Assembly: GCA_965644295.1 (NCBI GenBank)
Contig: CBFFRP010000029.1
Coordinates: forward strand, 1-64,000
DNA: 64,000 nucleotides
Reading direction: 5' to 3'
From: Paraphysomonas bandaiensis
Lineage: Eukaryota > Protista > Chrysophyceae
Numbering within the stretch: position 1 is the stretch's first letter; each line of letters opens with the position of its first letter. Below are positions 12,450 to 26,699 of this stretch, piece by piece. The notes beneath the pieces are model-generated. The model had not been told where the DNA came from. It searched no databases and saw only the letters and a program-made list of their open reading frames with translations. A program made the position numbers and the translations under genes.

Positions 12450-13453
12450 TTAGAGATCGGCAAGCTTCTTGCCTGCTACAAATCTAACAACTTTAGGAAC
12501 CGCATCACTGAGAGACTGAGCAGCTGTCCCAAGGTTCTGTAAAAACTCTTCATGAGTAGGTCTGTCTCCATCGACGATATCAGTCACAACTTTGACACAG
12601 AAGAAGGGAAGATTTGCAAGGTGTGCCACCCAGGCAATACCAGCACCCTCCATGTCTTTCACTGACGCATCTGTCACGTACAATTATTCGAAATCAAATG
12701 CTGGTAATGTATAATGGTACCATTCTCGAGCATGATTTCATCATCCACAGAATGGTGATCCAGTGAGTTAGATGTAGTCAATACGCCCGACTTGTACCCC
12801 AATAACTGCAACGTTGACATGAATACAACACATACACATACACATGGGTACATCATTTACCGAGATAAGGTTCGGTGTGTCCACGGAGCGGTAGTGTCCG
12901 CGGGCATACTCCTCGAAACCAGGAATAGGAATTCGTCTATCATGGTTGCGGACGTCAGTTGTAATATAAACGTCCCCAATAGCGCCGCCCTTGCGGCCAA
13001 AACCGCCAACTGTACCAGCATTGATAATGATATCAGGGTGCTTGCTCTGGATGGCAATATAGGTGTTGACAGCTGCCGCGACAGTGCCGACCTGAAAAAA
13101 AATGTAAATCCGATTAGTATAAAGGGTGGTTGATTACCTCGTCGCATCCGTATACAGGACATTTTCCGTTAGTAATGAGGTTGATTTTGCATCCACTGAA
13201 TTCGCCGCAATACATTTCACATTTACTGATGTTGCAAACACTGGGCTCACGAACAAGTCCAAACTCAGCAATCATGGGAGCAGCTTCGGCTACAGAGAAT
13301 TGATTATATAAAAAGCAAGACGATTTTCGCCCATACCTTCCATTGCAACGCATATTAATATATTGGACAATACCTTATCTTCTTTAGGCTCCTGTATTCA
13401 AACCATGAAATACGCACAAGTCTTGACATGCACCATACCTGAGGGGTTGACAT
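12450..13453 (-). CDS. MTN: 5'-methylthioadenosine/S-adenosylhomocysteine nucleosidase (plant MTN-type), multi-exon
   Basis: Spliced motifs ICVAME|AEAAP, INAGTVGGF, VKDMEGAGIAWVA and KVVTDIVDGDRPTHEEFLQNL match the MTN/PNP_UDP_1 family. The start at 13453 is inferred from splice sites. Confidence 0.88.
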
Positions 13454-13992
13454 TTTCAACTGAAGTAGTGTGGTGAGAGAATAGTCCTCTGATTAGAAAA
13501 TCTTTAATTGATATGATTAGAGTAGAGGCATATATATGCATACATACATAGATTTGATTTGTGGACATGAACTACCCCTCCTTGAGGAATACGTGGTATA
13601 CAGTCCCCGTATACCATCGTTATCTGCTCTGGACTTCAACTCCTATATACAACGTATTCTACTGTATACAGCATTGTAAATGTTCCCTTCCAAAAATTCA
13701 AACTTTCCCCTGCTGGGAACCCCCGCATACTCTCGTAGGAATACTGCTGCTGTACAGCAGTATGTACTGTATGTGTACATCTACTGCTGTAGAGTCCGTA
13801 GGGAAGGAGACAAGAAGTTGGTCTTCGTGTGTAGTGAAGTGTACCTGTAGGCGTGACACAGATACATGTGATCTTAACATACGGCACACACACACACCCA
13901 TCTATGTCCAGTGTATATATATATGCTACAAGCAGAGGAGAGTAAACACACTACTATGAGAATTCTCTTATAAATCCTGATAGTTTCCCATC

Positions 13993-16900
13993 ATGTCGAT
14001 GTCTCCAATCCCTCTCCTGCTACTGCTCTGTCATATGGCGGATGCTATCAGTCTGTTGCGGCTTAATCGTAACTTTGAGACAGAGTCGAGTAATATGGCT
14101 GATTATGATATCATATCATGCTCAGGTGAAGAAGATGAACGTGAATGTGATCCAAACAGTGAGGGGTTTGCTGATTATGCTGAGGTATGTATGTTTTGGT
14201 TGCAGTAGCGTTACGTTGTAACTGTATTATGGTTATACAGGCAGCTGTGGGGTTATATGTCGGTATTAATATCATTGGACTAGTGGCTGTCTTAATAGGA
14301 ACTGTATGTTTCATATTGTATTTATTGGTACGATGCTGCATGACCTGCTGTGGGTGTCATAGTCAGAAAAAGGCAAGTGGGGAAACTGTGATTCCAAGTG
14401 ATGAGGATGCCGCTGACAATGTGGAATATATTAGCACTCGTAAACCCATAGCCAACCCTATAAAATTAGTTTGTGGGTCTTTCGCTGTGCTGGGTATTGT
14501 AATTATGTGTATTGTGAGTAATACGCTTGGTAACAATGGCCTCACTGAGGAGAGTTCGGGAATAGTGAATGCACCAGCTGGGATTCAGCGAATATCCCAA
14601 GACTTTGAGCCGAAATTGACGCAATTGGTAATCTCTATTTCGAGTGGTGTTGTAGTCCCAACTATGTTGTCCTTGAATCGAACTATTAATGATGCAATTG
14701 ATATTCCTCTTCTTACAGAAAACATGCTTATCATTAATGAAAGCATACCAGAATTACCTGATGTTGGCGTTATGCTGGATGTACTGTACAACATCGATAA
14801 CATTACAACTGGTAATATTACATCTGACCTTGTAAACGAGCTTGGGGACCTTTTAGAGGCTTTAGATGATTCTAGAGAACGTGCCGTTGAGCTGGTTGAC
14901 CTTCTACAGGACGATGTAGATGCGATGGCGAGCGCAAACGAAGAGATGCTCGAGGCAATTGACCAGGCAAACGAGACAGTCATTGCTGCTGATGACTTTT
15001 GTGGTGAACTCATCGGCACTGATGAGGAGACAGGGGTTGCTGCAGAGGTGCACAGTGACTTGACAACCATTCAGCGCTCCCCTGCCGGTACCGTCCCCTC
15101 TGTCGGAGTGTTTGACGAGGCATCCAATGGTGAGTATGGCAGCACCAGTGAGTTACTTTCTGGTGACATGAACGGGAACTCATCTAACATTCAACTCATG
15201 AATGAGCGACTCACACTTATATACGCTAATATGTCTAGTCTTCCGAACTACTCTGTTACTGCAATGAATATCGTGGCATTGAACGAGAGTATTAATGAAG
15301 CTCTCAGCAACTCTGGTATCTTAAGCAACCTTACTGATTCATTACTTGAACTTGAGTCTTCGACGGATAGCTATCCCGATCTAAGCGCCACAGCTAGTTA
15401 CGTTAACGAGCTCTACAGTATCGTGCAATCTGTAGATGTAGACCTTGATACCGCACTGGACATTTTGGAGCAGCTAGATGATATGTTCAATACCATACCA
15501 AGTGACCTGGCTGTGTTGTACCAAGAGGTGGAGGCAGTGCGCGTTGTTAGCAAAATCCTCTCTGCATTTGAGGTCCTCACCGATCAGTTGCTTGGTGTCA
15601 ATGAAACTCTTGTAAAATTACCATCGTCTCTCGACACATTGACTGATGTTTACAGTGATATAAATGAGACCACTTCTGAATTACTGGATGACATAGACGA
15701 TATACTGGATGACATAGTGGATGCAAACGAAACTGTTGTCGGGTATTTAGACGATGCTGAGAAATATTTGGAAGATATAAATGAGATGGACGATATTCTG
15801 AATACCTCTCTTAGTAAATATGATTTTAATGCCTTCAACGACACTATAAACGATGCCTCGGAACAACTTCAGGCTGTTAATTTTAGTAGCACTTTGAATG
15901 ATGTGAACTCTTTGAGGGGTTCTCTGGAGGCACTTAGTCTTAGCAACGATCTCGTGGATGCACTGAGAGCTTTTCAAATTGGTGTGGAGGGCATGGTCGG
16001 TCTACTTCGCCGCGCTGTGGACCCTATTAATGGGGGTCCTAGTGAGGACAAAGCAGGGGATTACCTCCAACTGGCAGGGGGCTACTGCTCTGATGACAGC
16101 ACTGTGATATGTGATAATGATACTCCCTGCTTCGGGAGCTGTGTAGGCAAAGGTACTTATCGGTGTTCCAACGATGGCTCGACTCCATGTAGTAGTGATT
16201 CAAACTGTTCCGTTAGTGGTTCATACTGTCTCGTAGACTTTAGCAGGGCTGCTGATCTTCATGTTCGTCTTCGTTCTCTGTCCTCAACTGACAGTGATAT
16301 CGATGTGTCTTCCGAGCTTGACAGTTTAGATGAAGTTCTAGAAACTGATGACGTGGACTTCGATGCTGCGCATGATGCGATTACTTCTGCTGAAAACGCA
16401 GTTACCGCTGTTAACCTCACGGATGTCAACAGTATGCTATCTTATGTAGAAGACGGGCTAGATCAATTCAACATCACTGGAGCTGTTGGGGAACTAGACT
16501 ACGACTTCACTGATCTTGGAATAACTGATATTATAGAGCAGCTTGAGCCGGTAGAAGATGATGTTGCTGATTTATCTGATGAGTATCACCCCATAGTTCG
16601 CGACTACTCAACCACAATGATTGCATTTAGAGATTTTATGTTTACTGAGCTGCAGGGGTATATAAACAACCTATCCTCCAGTGCGTTAAATGCAGAGCTG
16701 AATTCTAGGGGCCCAAATGCAATGATCAAATTTATTGTGAGTCAATTTGACTCAATTACGCACTATTTCGACGAGAATCAGGATGGAATAACTGTAAAGA
16801 CAACTAGTTTTAGGGATGACGCCGGCAATTCATTCAAAGTGCTCGATAAGATGGGAGCATATGAGGTATCTGGGTATGGGGATATAGATAAGCATGGAGC

Positions 16901-18245
16901 TACGTACTATTTCCTCAGTTTATTGCGGAATAAGTCTATTGTCCAGTGGAATCACCCAATGCTCATGGGGGTGTTTGTGAACTCCGATTATGAAAAGTAC
17001 GAGGATGGAGATGTCTGTGTGACAGAGAAGTGCGAGGATCACACGATGGAGGTTCTAAACTCTGCCCCTTTAAGCGACTGGGACGATGAGTTTCCTGATC
17101 TTGATCTGTCTCTATTTCAGACTGTAGACTACACGAGAGAAGAATTATTGATCTATCTGTGGTTAGCGCCATTGTGCATTGCATTTCTTGGTTTTTTGTC
17201 GTTGGTACTTCACGCTGTACAAAAATGCACAATGGCAGAAAAGATTACGAATGGCTGCTATTTGGGTTGCATTCTATGCCAACTTCCATTTCTTTTTCTT
17301 CTGACAGCTTTTTTCTTCGCATTAGCGATTGTGATATCGGATGGATGCAACTCTTGGTCAGCGATTGGTGAGTCGTACATCACATCTTACGGTGATCCTT
17401 TCTGTGAAAATAGTCTTAGTGGTGACGGCACGTTGAGAGAGTGTTCCTTTGATACAAATATACCTGATTCAATGGGAGGAGGGAATATTACTGCTACGGT
17501 AGACATCATTTCGTGGTATCGTGGTATATTTGCCAATGATTGCTCTGGACGGCCAGACCCTTTCGCTACGCTTCTCAGATCTCTGGCTGATCAAACGAGA
17601 GATATTCCTGCTGGTGCAGTTGATCACGTTATGGAAGATAATGAATTAAACCTTCGTGACGCGCTGCTTGATATTATGGACACTGCTGCCGCAGATACAG
17701 GCACGATGATGCATAACTTTTTTGACAGCCTTGCCGATGAGGTGCTGACATGCGAAAAGGTTGCGGGGGTGATTGCGTCCGTAGACAGAGAGACATGTGA
17801 CTCGTTTGCTCCACCTATTTTCTGGATTATAGCTCCCTGGTATCTCTGTGCTTGGATAATTTGTTGTCTGGGCATTCCCAGTGCGTGCATGCGGGCTAAA
17901 ATGGAGTTGGAAAAAGTATCCCCAGAAGCTCACGTTCCGTTGCATGAAATGCCGGGTGGGGAGGAGGAAGAAATGAAGGCAGACAGTCCAGCATATCGCC
18001 CCTCGTCCACTAATAGCAATCAAATCACAAGATTTCAATCCGTCAGTAGAGATGACAGCTCCATTGGCGATGGGTTTGTGAATATTGCAACCGCTGCAGC
18101 ACTGGAAGTCGAGGATGTTGATGATACGAGGCGTTCTTTCCAGAGAAGGGAAAATGAAAGATTGAGGAAGCAAATGGTTAAGGGAACCTTATATGATGAT
18201 AAGGATGCTGTACAGATAAGGAGGGCAGGTGAAGAGGCTTTGTGA
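13993..18245 (+). CDS. Giant prominin/tweety-like five-pass membrane protein (~1398 aa; intron 14185-14240)
   Basis: Signal peptide; TM1 followed by RCCMTCCGC; TM2 followed by GN; ~870-aa acidic helical ectodomain with many N-x-S/T sites and a Cys-rich insert; TM3-TM4 followed by SDGC; second Cys-containing loop; TM5; cytosolic tail. Confidence 0.75.
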
Positions 18246-19084
18246 TACGAATAGTAGTAAACATGAGCATAGTTCGGGAGGTAGTGACATAGTATTTATA
18301 TGGTATCTCATTTGTGCTCCTGGAAGGAGTGTTGGTTCAGTTTTCTTAGATCAAATATTATTCAATGGTATAGAGATATTTTATAATAATTATTTCAGTT
18401 GTGTGATACTAGGATACTAGGGTGCTTGTCCTACCTCATCTAGCACATTGACGTTGTCCGCGACGGGGCCTGGCAATCATAAACGATAATGCCGTAATAA
18501 TTGCGGAGACATATTTTCTTATCCCCGTTTCGTCTCAAAAAAAGCTTTTTTGACCTGAATTGGGCTCAACAGAGCGCTCATATTAGCCCAGGCAAATACA
18601 GACCTTCAACTTCAATATTCAGTTCAACAGAAACTCACTTCTATCTCAATTATGATATTGACAGTGAATTCATTATAGCACACCATAATAGAGAAACGAC
18701 AGTGATGATCCAACTTTTGAAAGCAGATCATCAAACAGTCTAAGTCTTCTTCCATTCTTAGTCGGATGCAGAAGATCATAATGATGTCACTGCAAGCGAC
18801 CTATCGTCATAACCTGAACTTCGAAACAACTTCAAGAATATTACAGAAGCGTTTAAGTGCCATATATGATGCTGTATAGGTGGTTAAGGGCAGCAGCATT
18901 CAGTACTCTCAGGATTTGGGTCACATGGTCACATCGTACTTATATCAGGATATTGTGTGCCACTCATATCATACACACTTCATTCAATCAGTTGCACTAG
19001 CAGAGGTTAAGCGTGTTGGAATGCATATGGTTCTCTACGAGAGTACTGTAGAATACGTTAAATACAATCTGAAAAAGAGTAATA

Positions 19085-20130
19085 CGTAGTCAATGATATT
19101 ATATAGCTAAAACTGTGAAACTGAAGTATTGTAACATGACGATTCAAGATAAAATATAATGAAGTTGAACTGTGGTTGGTATGAACGAAATAAATTATCA
19201 TGTCGTTGACATATTTTACATGACAACATACACATTTGTGTATGCAATTATAATAAAGAGTTTATCTAGTTTGATTACAATAAGCTTCTCTTGACGATCC
19301 TAATTTTGAAAATGACCAACAGTCAATATGGTAGCGGATGCGGAGGAGAGGAGGATAGCGTCGATATACCATGATGGTTCGACGAGAACAATGTTGATCA
19401 ATGGATTGAAGACTTTAAGACATTTCTGATGCATAAAGAGAGCAGAGTGAGGTCGTCACGAATGGCCACCAAGAGAGGAGGACTTCGGACTTCCACCGCT
19501 GAATAAGCTCGAGGCGAAGAAGTCATACAAGCAAGCGATAAAGATTACTGGAAGGCCAATGCCATCGCGTATTCGTACTGCAGGGAGGCGGTGAAGTGTT
19601 CCCTAAAAGACACTCCAGAAGTTTTATCTGAAGCGTGGGAAAACAAGTTCAGTGTGAAATCTTGTTTCGAAGGTGGGAAGCAGTACAAGATTGGAGACCT
19701 TCTTATACTCAGTATATGGATATATTGAGATGAAGCCGGAGGAGACGCCAAGGATTATGTACTGCGGTTTGAACTGCTTCTCCGAGAACTTCAGGCACTG
19801 AATCAAACGGCAACAGAGAGTTCGAAAATAAGTCGCCTAAGGGAAGGTCTTGTTAATGATGAATATGATGCATTGAATTGTGCTCTGTATTTGTTACCTG
19901 ATGATGTCTCATAAGAAATTCTATCTAAAAGATTGAGAAATTTGACGATACGAAGGCGGGGAGACGAATCCTCGACAAGAAGCGAAGGATTACGGAGGAG
20001 GAGGTATATTACACTGACAAGCCTCGCAAGAAGGAGTGAGTATCTACTTTATCGAAGAAGTGTCGTCACTGTTCAAGAAGAAGAGGTATTGTTCGTAATC
20101 ACACTACTGAACAATGCAGATCGAAGCAGC
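19085..20130 (+). mobile_element. Degenerate Copia relic: 5' LTR (19085-19279) plus gag pseudogene
   Basis: LTR-like ends (C)GTAGTCAA...TTGATTACA. Frameshifted gag with LREGLVNDEYDAL and a knuckle-like CRHC-x9-H-x4-C at ~20060-20118. Confidence 0.6.
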
Positions 20131-21249
20131 AGGAGACTTGGCAGCAAGGAGCACTCTTTCTTTTTTATACATTTTTGTTTTATTAGATCGTCTTATTAAT
20201 ATATATCTCTCAGTGTGGTATATACCACCACAACAGGTTTCCATTTTAACAGAAGTACAGGTTATTACAATTCTTCCTTCGTCAATTCTAATATAGAGTT
20301 CTGATGCTTTATTTATGAAAACCACACATACATATACGCTGAGAACAAATTGTATATATTACACAAAGTATCATTCCTCCAAAACTGGAGTATAATAATA
20401 GTTTGTTATTTCTTCAGCGCATTTACGAAGTTGTAGGTATACTACTCTTCTGCTAATAACTCAGTAGTATTACATTAGTACAATGAGGGGCACCCGCTTA
20501 CTGGTACAGCACTACGTAAACCGGTACAACTTAAATTGTAGTACTATTATCTTAACGGCGGATTAATGACTGACAAAGCCATACTGCCATACAATGCCAT
20601 AAATAATGATCTTCAGCATAATATATGCTGCTTCTATCCTTAAATGGTGATAGCTCAGTACAGCGGACAGCTTACCTTCATATATATCATGGGTGGCATG
20701 GCATACATGTAAATGACATACACTATTTTTCTCAGAGCTCAGCGTTAAAAGTGATTACTCTGGAGACAAAAAAATTGAGTGGGGAATTGCAATTTTCATT
20801 GACGCATTTCATTGTGATTTAATGATATGGTACATTGATTTGGTGTCAATAGAAGCCATTGTATTTTGTGGCTGGAGACATGCTGATTTTATTAAAAGCA
20901 CGTGTTTGAAAGGAATGGTTTCACTTCCAATCCTTTTAGTATCAGCTAATAGGCGTATACATGTATCTATATTCTATATATGTTGTTATTTTATTATCAT
21001 TGTTTTCAGTGCATTTAGGGCTGCTAACTACTGGTTTAATAATCAGAAAAGTTTATTTGAGAAAAAATTACTTAGAAATGTAATATTCATTAACCTGAGT
21101 TCAAATGGGGATTGACATCGCTAAGTTTAATACCCATTGGATGCTTCCGAAATGGATTTGTGCTATTGGGCTGGGAACCCAATTGTTATGAATCTTCAGA
21201 AGAATTTTCAAGTAATGCACACTAGACCCCCTGTAGCAGTGTAGTATCT

Positions 21250-22760
21250 TAATTAAAACTGACGTTTTGCAGTATATTACGCATCTTCTCCGAGTATTTA
21301 TTCATTTTCCCAACCCATTTCTCAACTGTTGAGCAGCTGATCTTAGTGGTACGTTCTTCAGACGACATTTTAACTTGTGTCCGCAACAAAACATGATATT
21401 CAGACCACACTCATCGGGGAACTCCTTGTAAAAAGTTTGTTTAGCGCTCCCAATCAAATCCGTGAGCACCAAATTATTATAAGCATCCTCACAAAGACAA
21501 ACGTTTTTTCTTTGTTTAGCACCAAGTCGCGCAAGACAATGCCACCGTTCAGGACTAATCCATCTATTGTTTGGAATTTCCACGCCAGAGATTCAAAAAC
21601 GAGCCACTCATTCACCTCATCAGCTGATGCATACACTGGACGTAGCAAAGATTTTCTGCGTTTGATAAATTGCTGTTCCCACAGCCGTTGCAAATTGCAA
21701 AACATATGCACCAATATCACTTGGATGGAGAAATCCCACTTTACGTGGGATTACTGTGTCCTCAAAATATATCACACCCTGGTCCAGCTCATAGCTTTGT
21801 GCAATATCGCTGGGAACAGTTCTGAAATTCGACAGAGAGGCCAAATTAAAGTCACTGGCGGCAAAAGCAAAGCCTGTCCCTGCGTCTTGCTTGGTTTGCA
21901 TCCACGCGTCAAACATATATTCCATGTAGTCGATGTGCGTTTGATCACCAAATATTCGATTGAAGTGATGTGTCCTTTCAAGCCGATCGATTGAAGTGAT
22001 AAAAGTTATCGATCCAGCTCGCCAGTCCCCGAGACTTCACAAACATTTCCTCAATGCTGCTCACGGAAGAAGGAAGAAGAAAAGCCTCCGAACCAATTGC
22101 TTCTGTCGTCGCTCGAATGTATCGCTTGGCAATGCAGTTCACCCATTTCGCGGAGAGTCCTAATCGGCTTTAAGTGTAGATCCTTGTATTTCCTGTCGTT
22201 CAAACTGTGAAATCTCAGATAAGATGGGTATTTGTCTCCGATATGTGGGGCACCAGGAATACAGGAAATGAGAGATCGAAGCACTGCTGCGCTTCCGCTC
22301 AAAATTACTAACACAGGTCGAGGACCAACTAATTCACCAAGGAAGTGCAGTTCACCTAATATTTGTATGGCCAACTCATCGTCTGGGGATTTGCTATACA
22401 AGCACTCCACTTCGTCAACAACAAGAAGCACGTTGATTTTATGATCAAGCAAGAAATCCACTAAATCATCACCTCCAATATCACTTACATCTTCATAATC
22501 ATATTTTTCGGCAGCCGTGCTGTAAATCAAGGTGAAGATACTTTTCATCGACTTGTCGTCTTTCATATTCCAATAAATTGTTAGCGAACTAGAGGAAGAG
22601 TTTAAAACAAATGCACACATAACCGATTTGATAACGAAGGAACCAACTCCACCGGGACCCAAAAATTATAAAACAATTTTTCTGACCTCGTAAGCACGAT
22701 GGATCGAGCTGAGTGAGTCTTGGAGCCAATTCTGACATTATTTCGCGACGGGATGTATCA
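21250..22760 (-). pseudogene. Frameshifted P-loop NTPase + PD-(D/E)xK nuclease gene (Crinkler/RHS-type effector architecture)
   Basis: Degenerate Walker A GPGGVG, Walker B VLLVVDEVE and ILSGS. Downstream frames give NEWLVFESL, FPDECGLNI and LLRTQVKMS (QxK). Split over four or more frames. Confidence 0.55.
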
Positions 22761-23362
22761 AAAACTGTTCGCTCATGACGAACAGTTTCGACTCAAGTCA
22801 AGCGACTGTCGTCGGGATGAAACTCTCGGAAATAACGGAGCCAATGCTTGACTGAGACTAGCACAATCTCTCCGTGTTTCCAATCTACTTAATGGAAGAA
22901 TCAGAAGCTGCCGTGCTGAGTTCGCTCGTACCTCGTACCTAGTACATCATGAGTTGAGTGTGCAGGTACGATAGGTAGGTACTGCTATAGGTAGGTACGT
23001 CAGACACAGGTGGACGAATATGGGCAGGAGGGTAGGGGAAGAGTTCTGCCCCTATCTCATTGGTATACAGTGTATTCAGCAGAGTATTTTATGGTATTAC
23101 GCAACCACAATATGCTACAACAGTCATCAGAACTGACATGTGCTCTATAACTGTACAGAGAACTAGCTGTACGCATACTCTGTATATGTATGTATGTGCA
23201 TATATATGCAGCAGTGTGTAGGAGGTAGTTGTATAGTAGCACACTATGGTGATATAGAGAGAAAGCACGCCACTATCAACACATACATTACTGTACTCGT
23301 AAGACCGTTGCTACTATCAGGTTACAGTATATTCCTTTCCATTACACCACTACAGCTCATCT

Positions 23363-26136
23363 GATGTCTCTCCAGAACGTTTATCTCATTCGTTGATCGT
23401 GTTATGTGAACGGACTGGTCATACATATATAGATAGATATACATGCAGCAACAGGCGAGATCAGCCGTTATATATAGTATCCGTTTCGTGATTAACTGGA
23501 TATCTTATCAGGGTAACTCATCGCGTGGACACAGACGGTTTCAGTCCGAGCCGCTCTATTCGTCCGAGTTTATGCAAGGTCACAACACACAATACACCTC
23601 ATACTATATGATACACCTCATACTATATGATACACCTCATACTATATGATACACCTCATACTATATGATACACCTCATACTATATGATACACCTCATACT
23701 ATATGATACATGTGATTATATAGTGAGATTCATGTCGTGCCTTCTGAGCCGCTATTTTCTTATATATAGGAACTTTTGATGATCTTGATTTGGATGTCAT
23801 TGGAGAGCATCACATGTTAAACGGTATGTATTCTATTGCTAGTGTGTACAGCGCTGAGATGATAGCAGTGGATGATTCTCTGGATATGTCTCTGGGATCT
23901 GGTTTGGATTTATCTCACACAGCTATTCTGGAAAATATGAAAGTAAGAGCTCTGCATATTTTACTGTAGCATGTAATATAACTTCTATGTAGTCCGATAG
24001 CACACATGAGGAAGAGGAAGGGAACTTAACTGGCCTCAAACACAACCGGAGTGTTGATCAGGAAGAACAGTATGGTCATTCGTATATGCGAAAGGTTGAT
24101 GTACATGTTACCAATAGGCTAATATAAAAGCATATGCATGTACGTAGGATTCTAATAGTCAAAAGATCAACTTTCCTCCTGCCAAGGCTCCGTCCACGGC
24201 CAAGCATCGGCGCGCACGATCTATGCCTGAAGTTGATATGAATATAATGGACCTTTTCCAGCCCGCCCCGCAAGCACACCCTCATCCTCCACTAAACCAC
24301 TCCTCTTCGGCCACTAGTAATGCGAGCTTCGACGCCATGCTACCGGCGTTAGGAAGGTAATTTTCTTTTCGGCTGCGATTCAATGGAAAGTCATTCAGTT
24401 TGCCGTATTTTCATAGCATGTCGATGGATAATGTCGACGTTTTTAAAGTTACATCAGAAGACTGGACAGAAGCGTGGAACCAGGTCGAGTTCGTTACATA
24501 TGTATCACCTGTGTGAATACAGTATGCAACTGCTCCTGTGAATTCACACGATAGGACTTTTTTCTTTCGTGTTTCATGTATGTTATGCATGTTTAGATTA
24601 AAGATGACGGAGTGACAGCCCCGAAATCTACAGGGAAGAATGGAAATTCATTTCCTGGGTTTTCGTCCTCTTCTTCTTCAGGGGAGTTCATGTCAACGGC
24701 TAACAATACTGTCATTCGACGCCTTCATGGAGACGGTATGACAACGGTACGTTGATGTCAGACCAGCAAGTATTGTCCGTATGTTATTTTAATAGATCGA
24801 ACAGGGCACCACGTCACCTGGCAGCCATGTCCACGAGCAGTCGCATTATGAGAAGACAGTGGCCACTGTGAGTACCCCTACGACTGATGTAGTTTTGTGT
24901 GATAGATGTGAGTAGGGCCCCCTTACATCCTGTATCCCGAATACGAAGGTGTCAAGTGACCCATTCATGAGCTTCCAGAATCCTGTTGCGGTGAGTTTCC
25001 GACTCTTGTCCTTCAACAATGGCCTATTGTATGATTATATTGTTCAGAATTTCTGTGCGTATACATTGCGTATATACTACCTGTATAGTTGTTTCATTGT
25101 GGAGATTTTCAAAAACGTAATGCTTATTGTTTAGACCACTTCGAGGAACCAGTCTGACCAAACACCATTCGACATTGCTTCAGCTGTCTACCACCCTGGG
25201 AAGCCGGCCAGTGATAGCAACTCCTCGGTGAGGTGCATCTTGTGATATATATCTGAGATAAGTGTGTATGTAGCTGTCTATTCCGAAGCATCGTCGTAGC
25301 AAAACAACTGGAACGGTAAGCTTATAATCGGATGCTGTTTCATTACGGTTTACAATTATAAACCCTGTCTTGCTACAGATATATAGTGATTTTCTTAATC
25401 AAGATACTCTTGACGGATCTCGTAATATTAAGGGTAGTGTCTCTCACGTGACTGGAATTTCAGATATGGGTATGTATGTGTGGTATTGTATACGCTATGA
25501 ACATCGAATTGTTATGTACACGTTTGCAGAATACCACCCCACCAAAGTACAGAGGTCTTTCGACACGACAAGCGATGATGTAAGTAGTCATGCGATATGC
25601 TAGTGTTTGCGCCGTGCTTAATAATAAACTGCTTGATATATAGGGTTTGGATCGCAAGGGTAACGCCCGTGGTCGTTACAGATGTGGTCGATGTGGTCAG
25701 CCAAAGGTATTACACCCCAGTCCGATTGTATGTGCATTTTTACATTCCCTACTTGTCTTTCAGGTCAATCATGAGTGCCCATATGTGGCAGAGACATCCA
25801 TGCGTTCTATAGCTACCCAGGCGGAAACTCAAATATACACATCAAAATCGCATCCGTTCAATACTGGTGTGAACTTATATGCATATGATTTAACGCGTTT
25901 GAAATTAATGTATAGAGCGAACGATTACTGTTGGAGGGCGCAAGGCACAGAAGGAACATGCGGATGCAAGAGTCGTGCCTCCTCAGCCATCTCGTGCTGC
26001 AACTTCTTCAAATGCGTCCAGTAAGGGAAGCAACGTAAAAGGATCGTCAAACGTACTAGAGATGGACAGATTCAAGGGAATTCGTATCTTACATCCATCT
26101 ATGATGCCGGGAGCTTCGAATAACTCCAGCGTATAG
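23363..26136 (+). CDS. Micro-exon-rich gene encoding a low-complexity protein with a C-terminal CxxC-type zinc finger
   Basis: A dozen or more short GT-AG introns. Spliced GRYRCGRCGQPK|VNHECPY; the last exon is open to TAG at 26136. The start is uncertain. Confidence 0.6.
23592..23710. repeat. Perfect 19-bp minisatellite x6 (ATACACCTCATACTATATG), intronic
   Basis: Six identical units plus a partial seventh, with no spacers. Confidence 0.95.
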
Positions 26137-26699
26137 AATGATGCAATATTAGTTGTTGTGTATTGAATGCTATACGCATTTTGATATCCATACTGCGTGT
26201 GTACGATATTAGTGATATTGGGTATGAAACTATTATTGCTTTGAAGCTTTGGTACTCATCTGTTTTGGGGTTACATTGATGACTTAAAATGAGAGTGTTG
26301 TTTTACTAGTAGTTATCTGAATAGTAATACAGTGTTCTGTCGCTGTTCAAGATTTTTTTTACTGTCTATGTTCTTTTGAGTACTTTTCTGGCTATAGTTT
26401 TTCGCCAGCTATGATTCCGCAAGATTTGATTTCTGTTTATATGAGACTTTAACTGCCGTAGGAGATGTACAAAGGGTGTCAACATATGCTCCTCAGTCTT
26501 ATCAATGGACTCACTTCAAGCTCGCCAAAATATGCATTTACTTTGTATTAAAGCTTACTCTGTCACTCAAAAGACATAGAAGCTGTAGTTTTTCCACTGA
26601 CAATACGCACAACACATTTTTTAATAGCTACAGCATCGTCACATAAATTTTTTATCATAATGGTAAGAATGATGCGTTGCATCAAGTTCTCGCAGTAAA

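Noticed and set aside
1152-13453. An auxin gene cluster (AUX1-like + ABCG + MTN)
   Set aside because: Plant ABCG36/37 move auxin precursors, but ABCG substrate cannot be read from sequence, and eukaryotic adjacency is weak evidence. No biosynthetic genes are present.
23592-23710. CRISPR-like repeat array
   Set aside because: The units are contiguous with no spacers, there are no cas genes, and it lies in a eukaryotic intron. It is a minisatellite.
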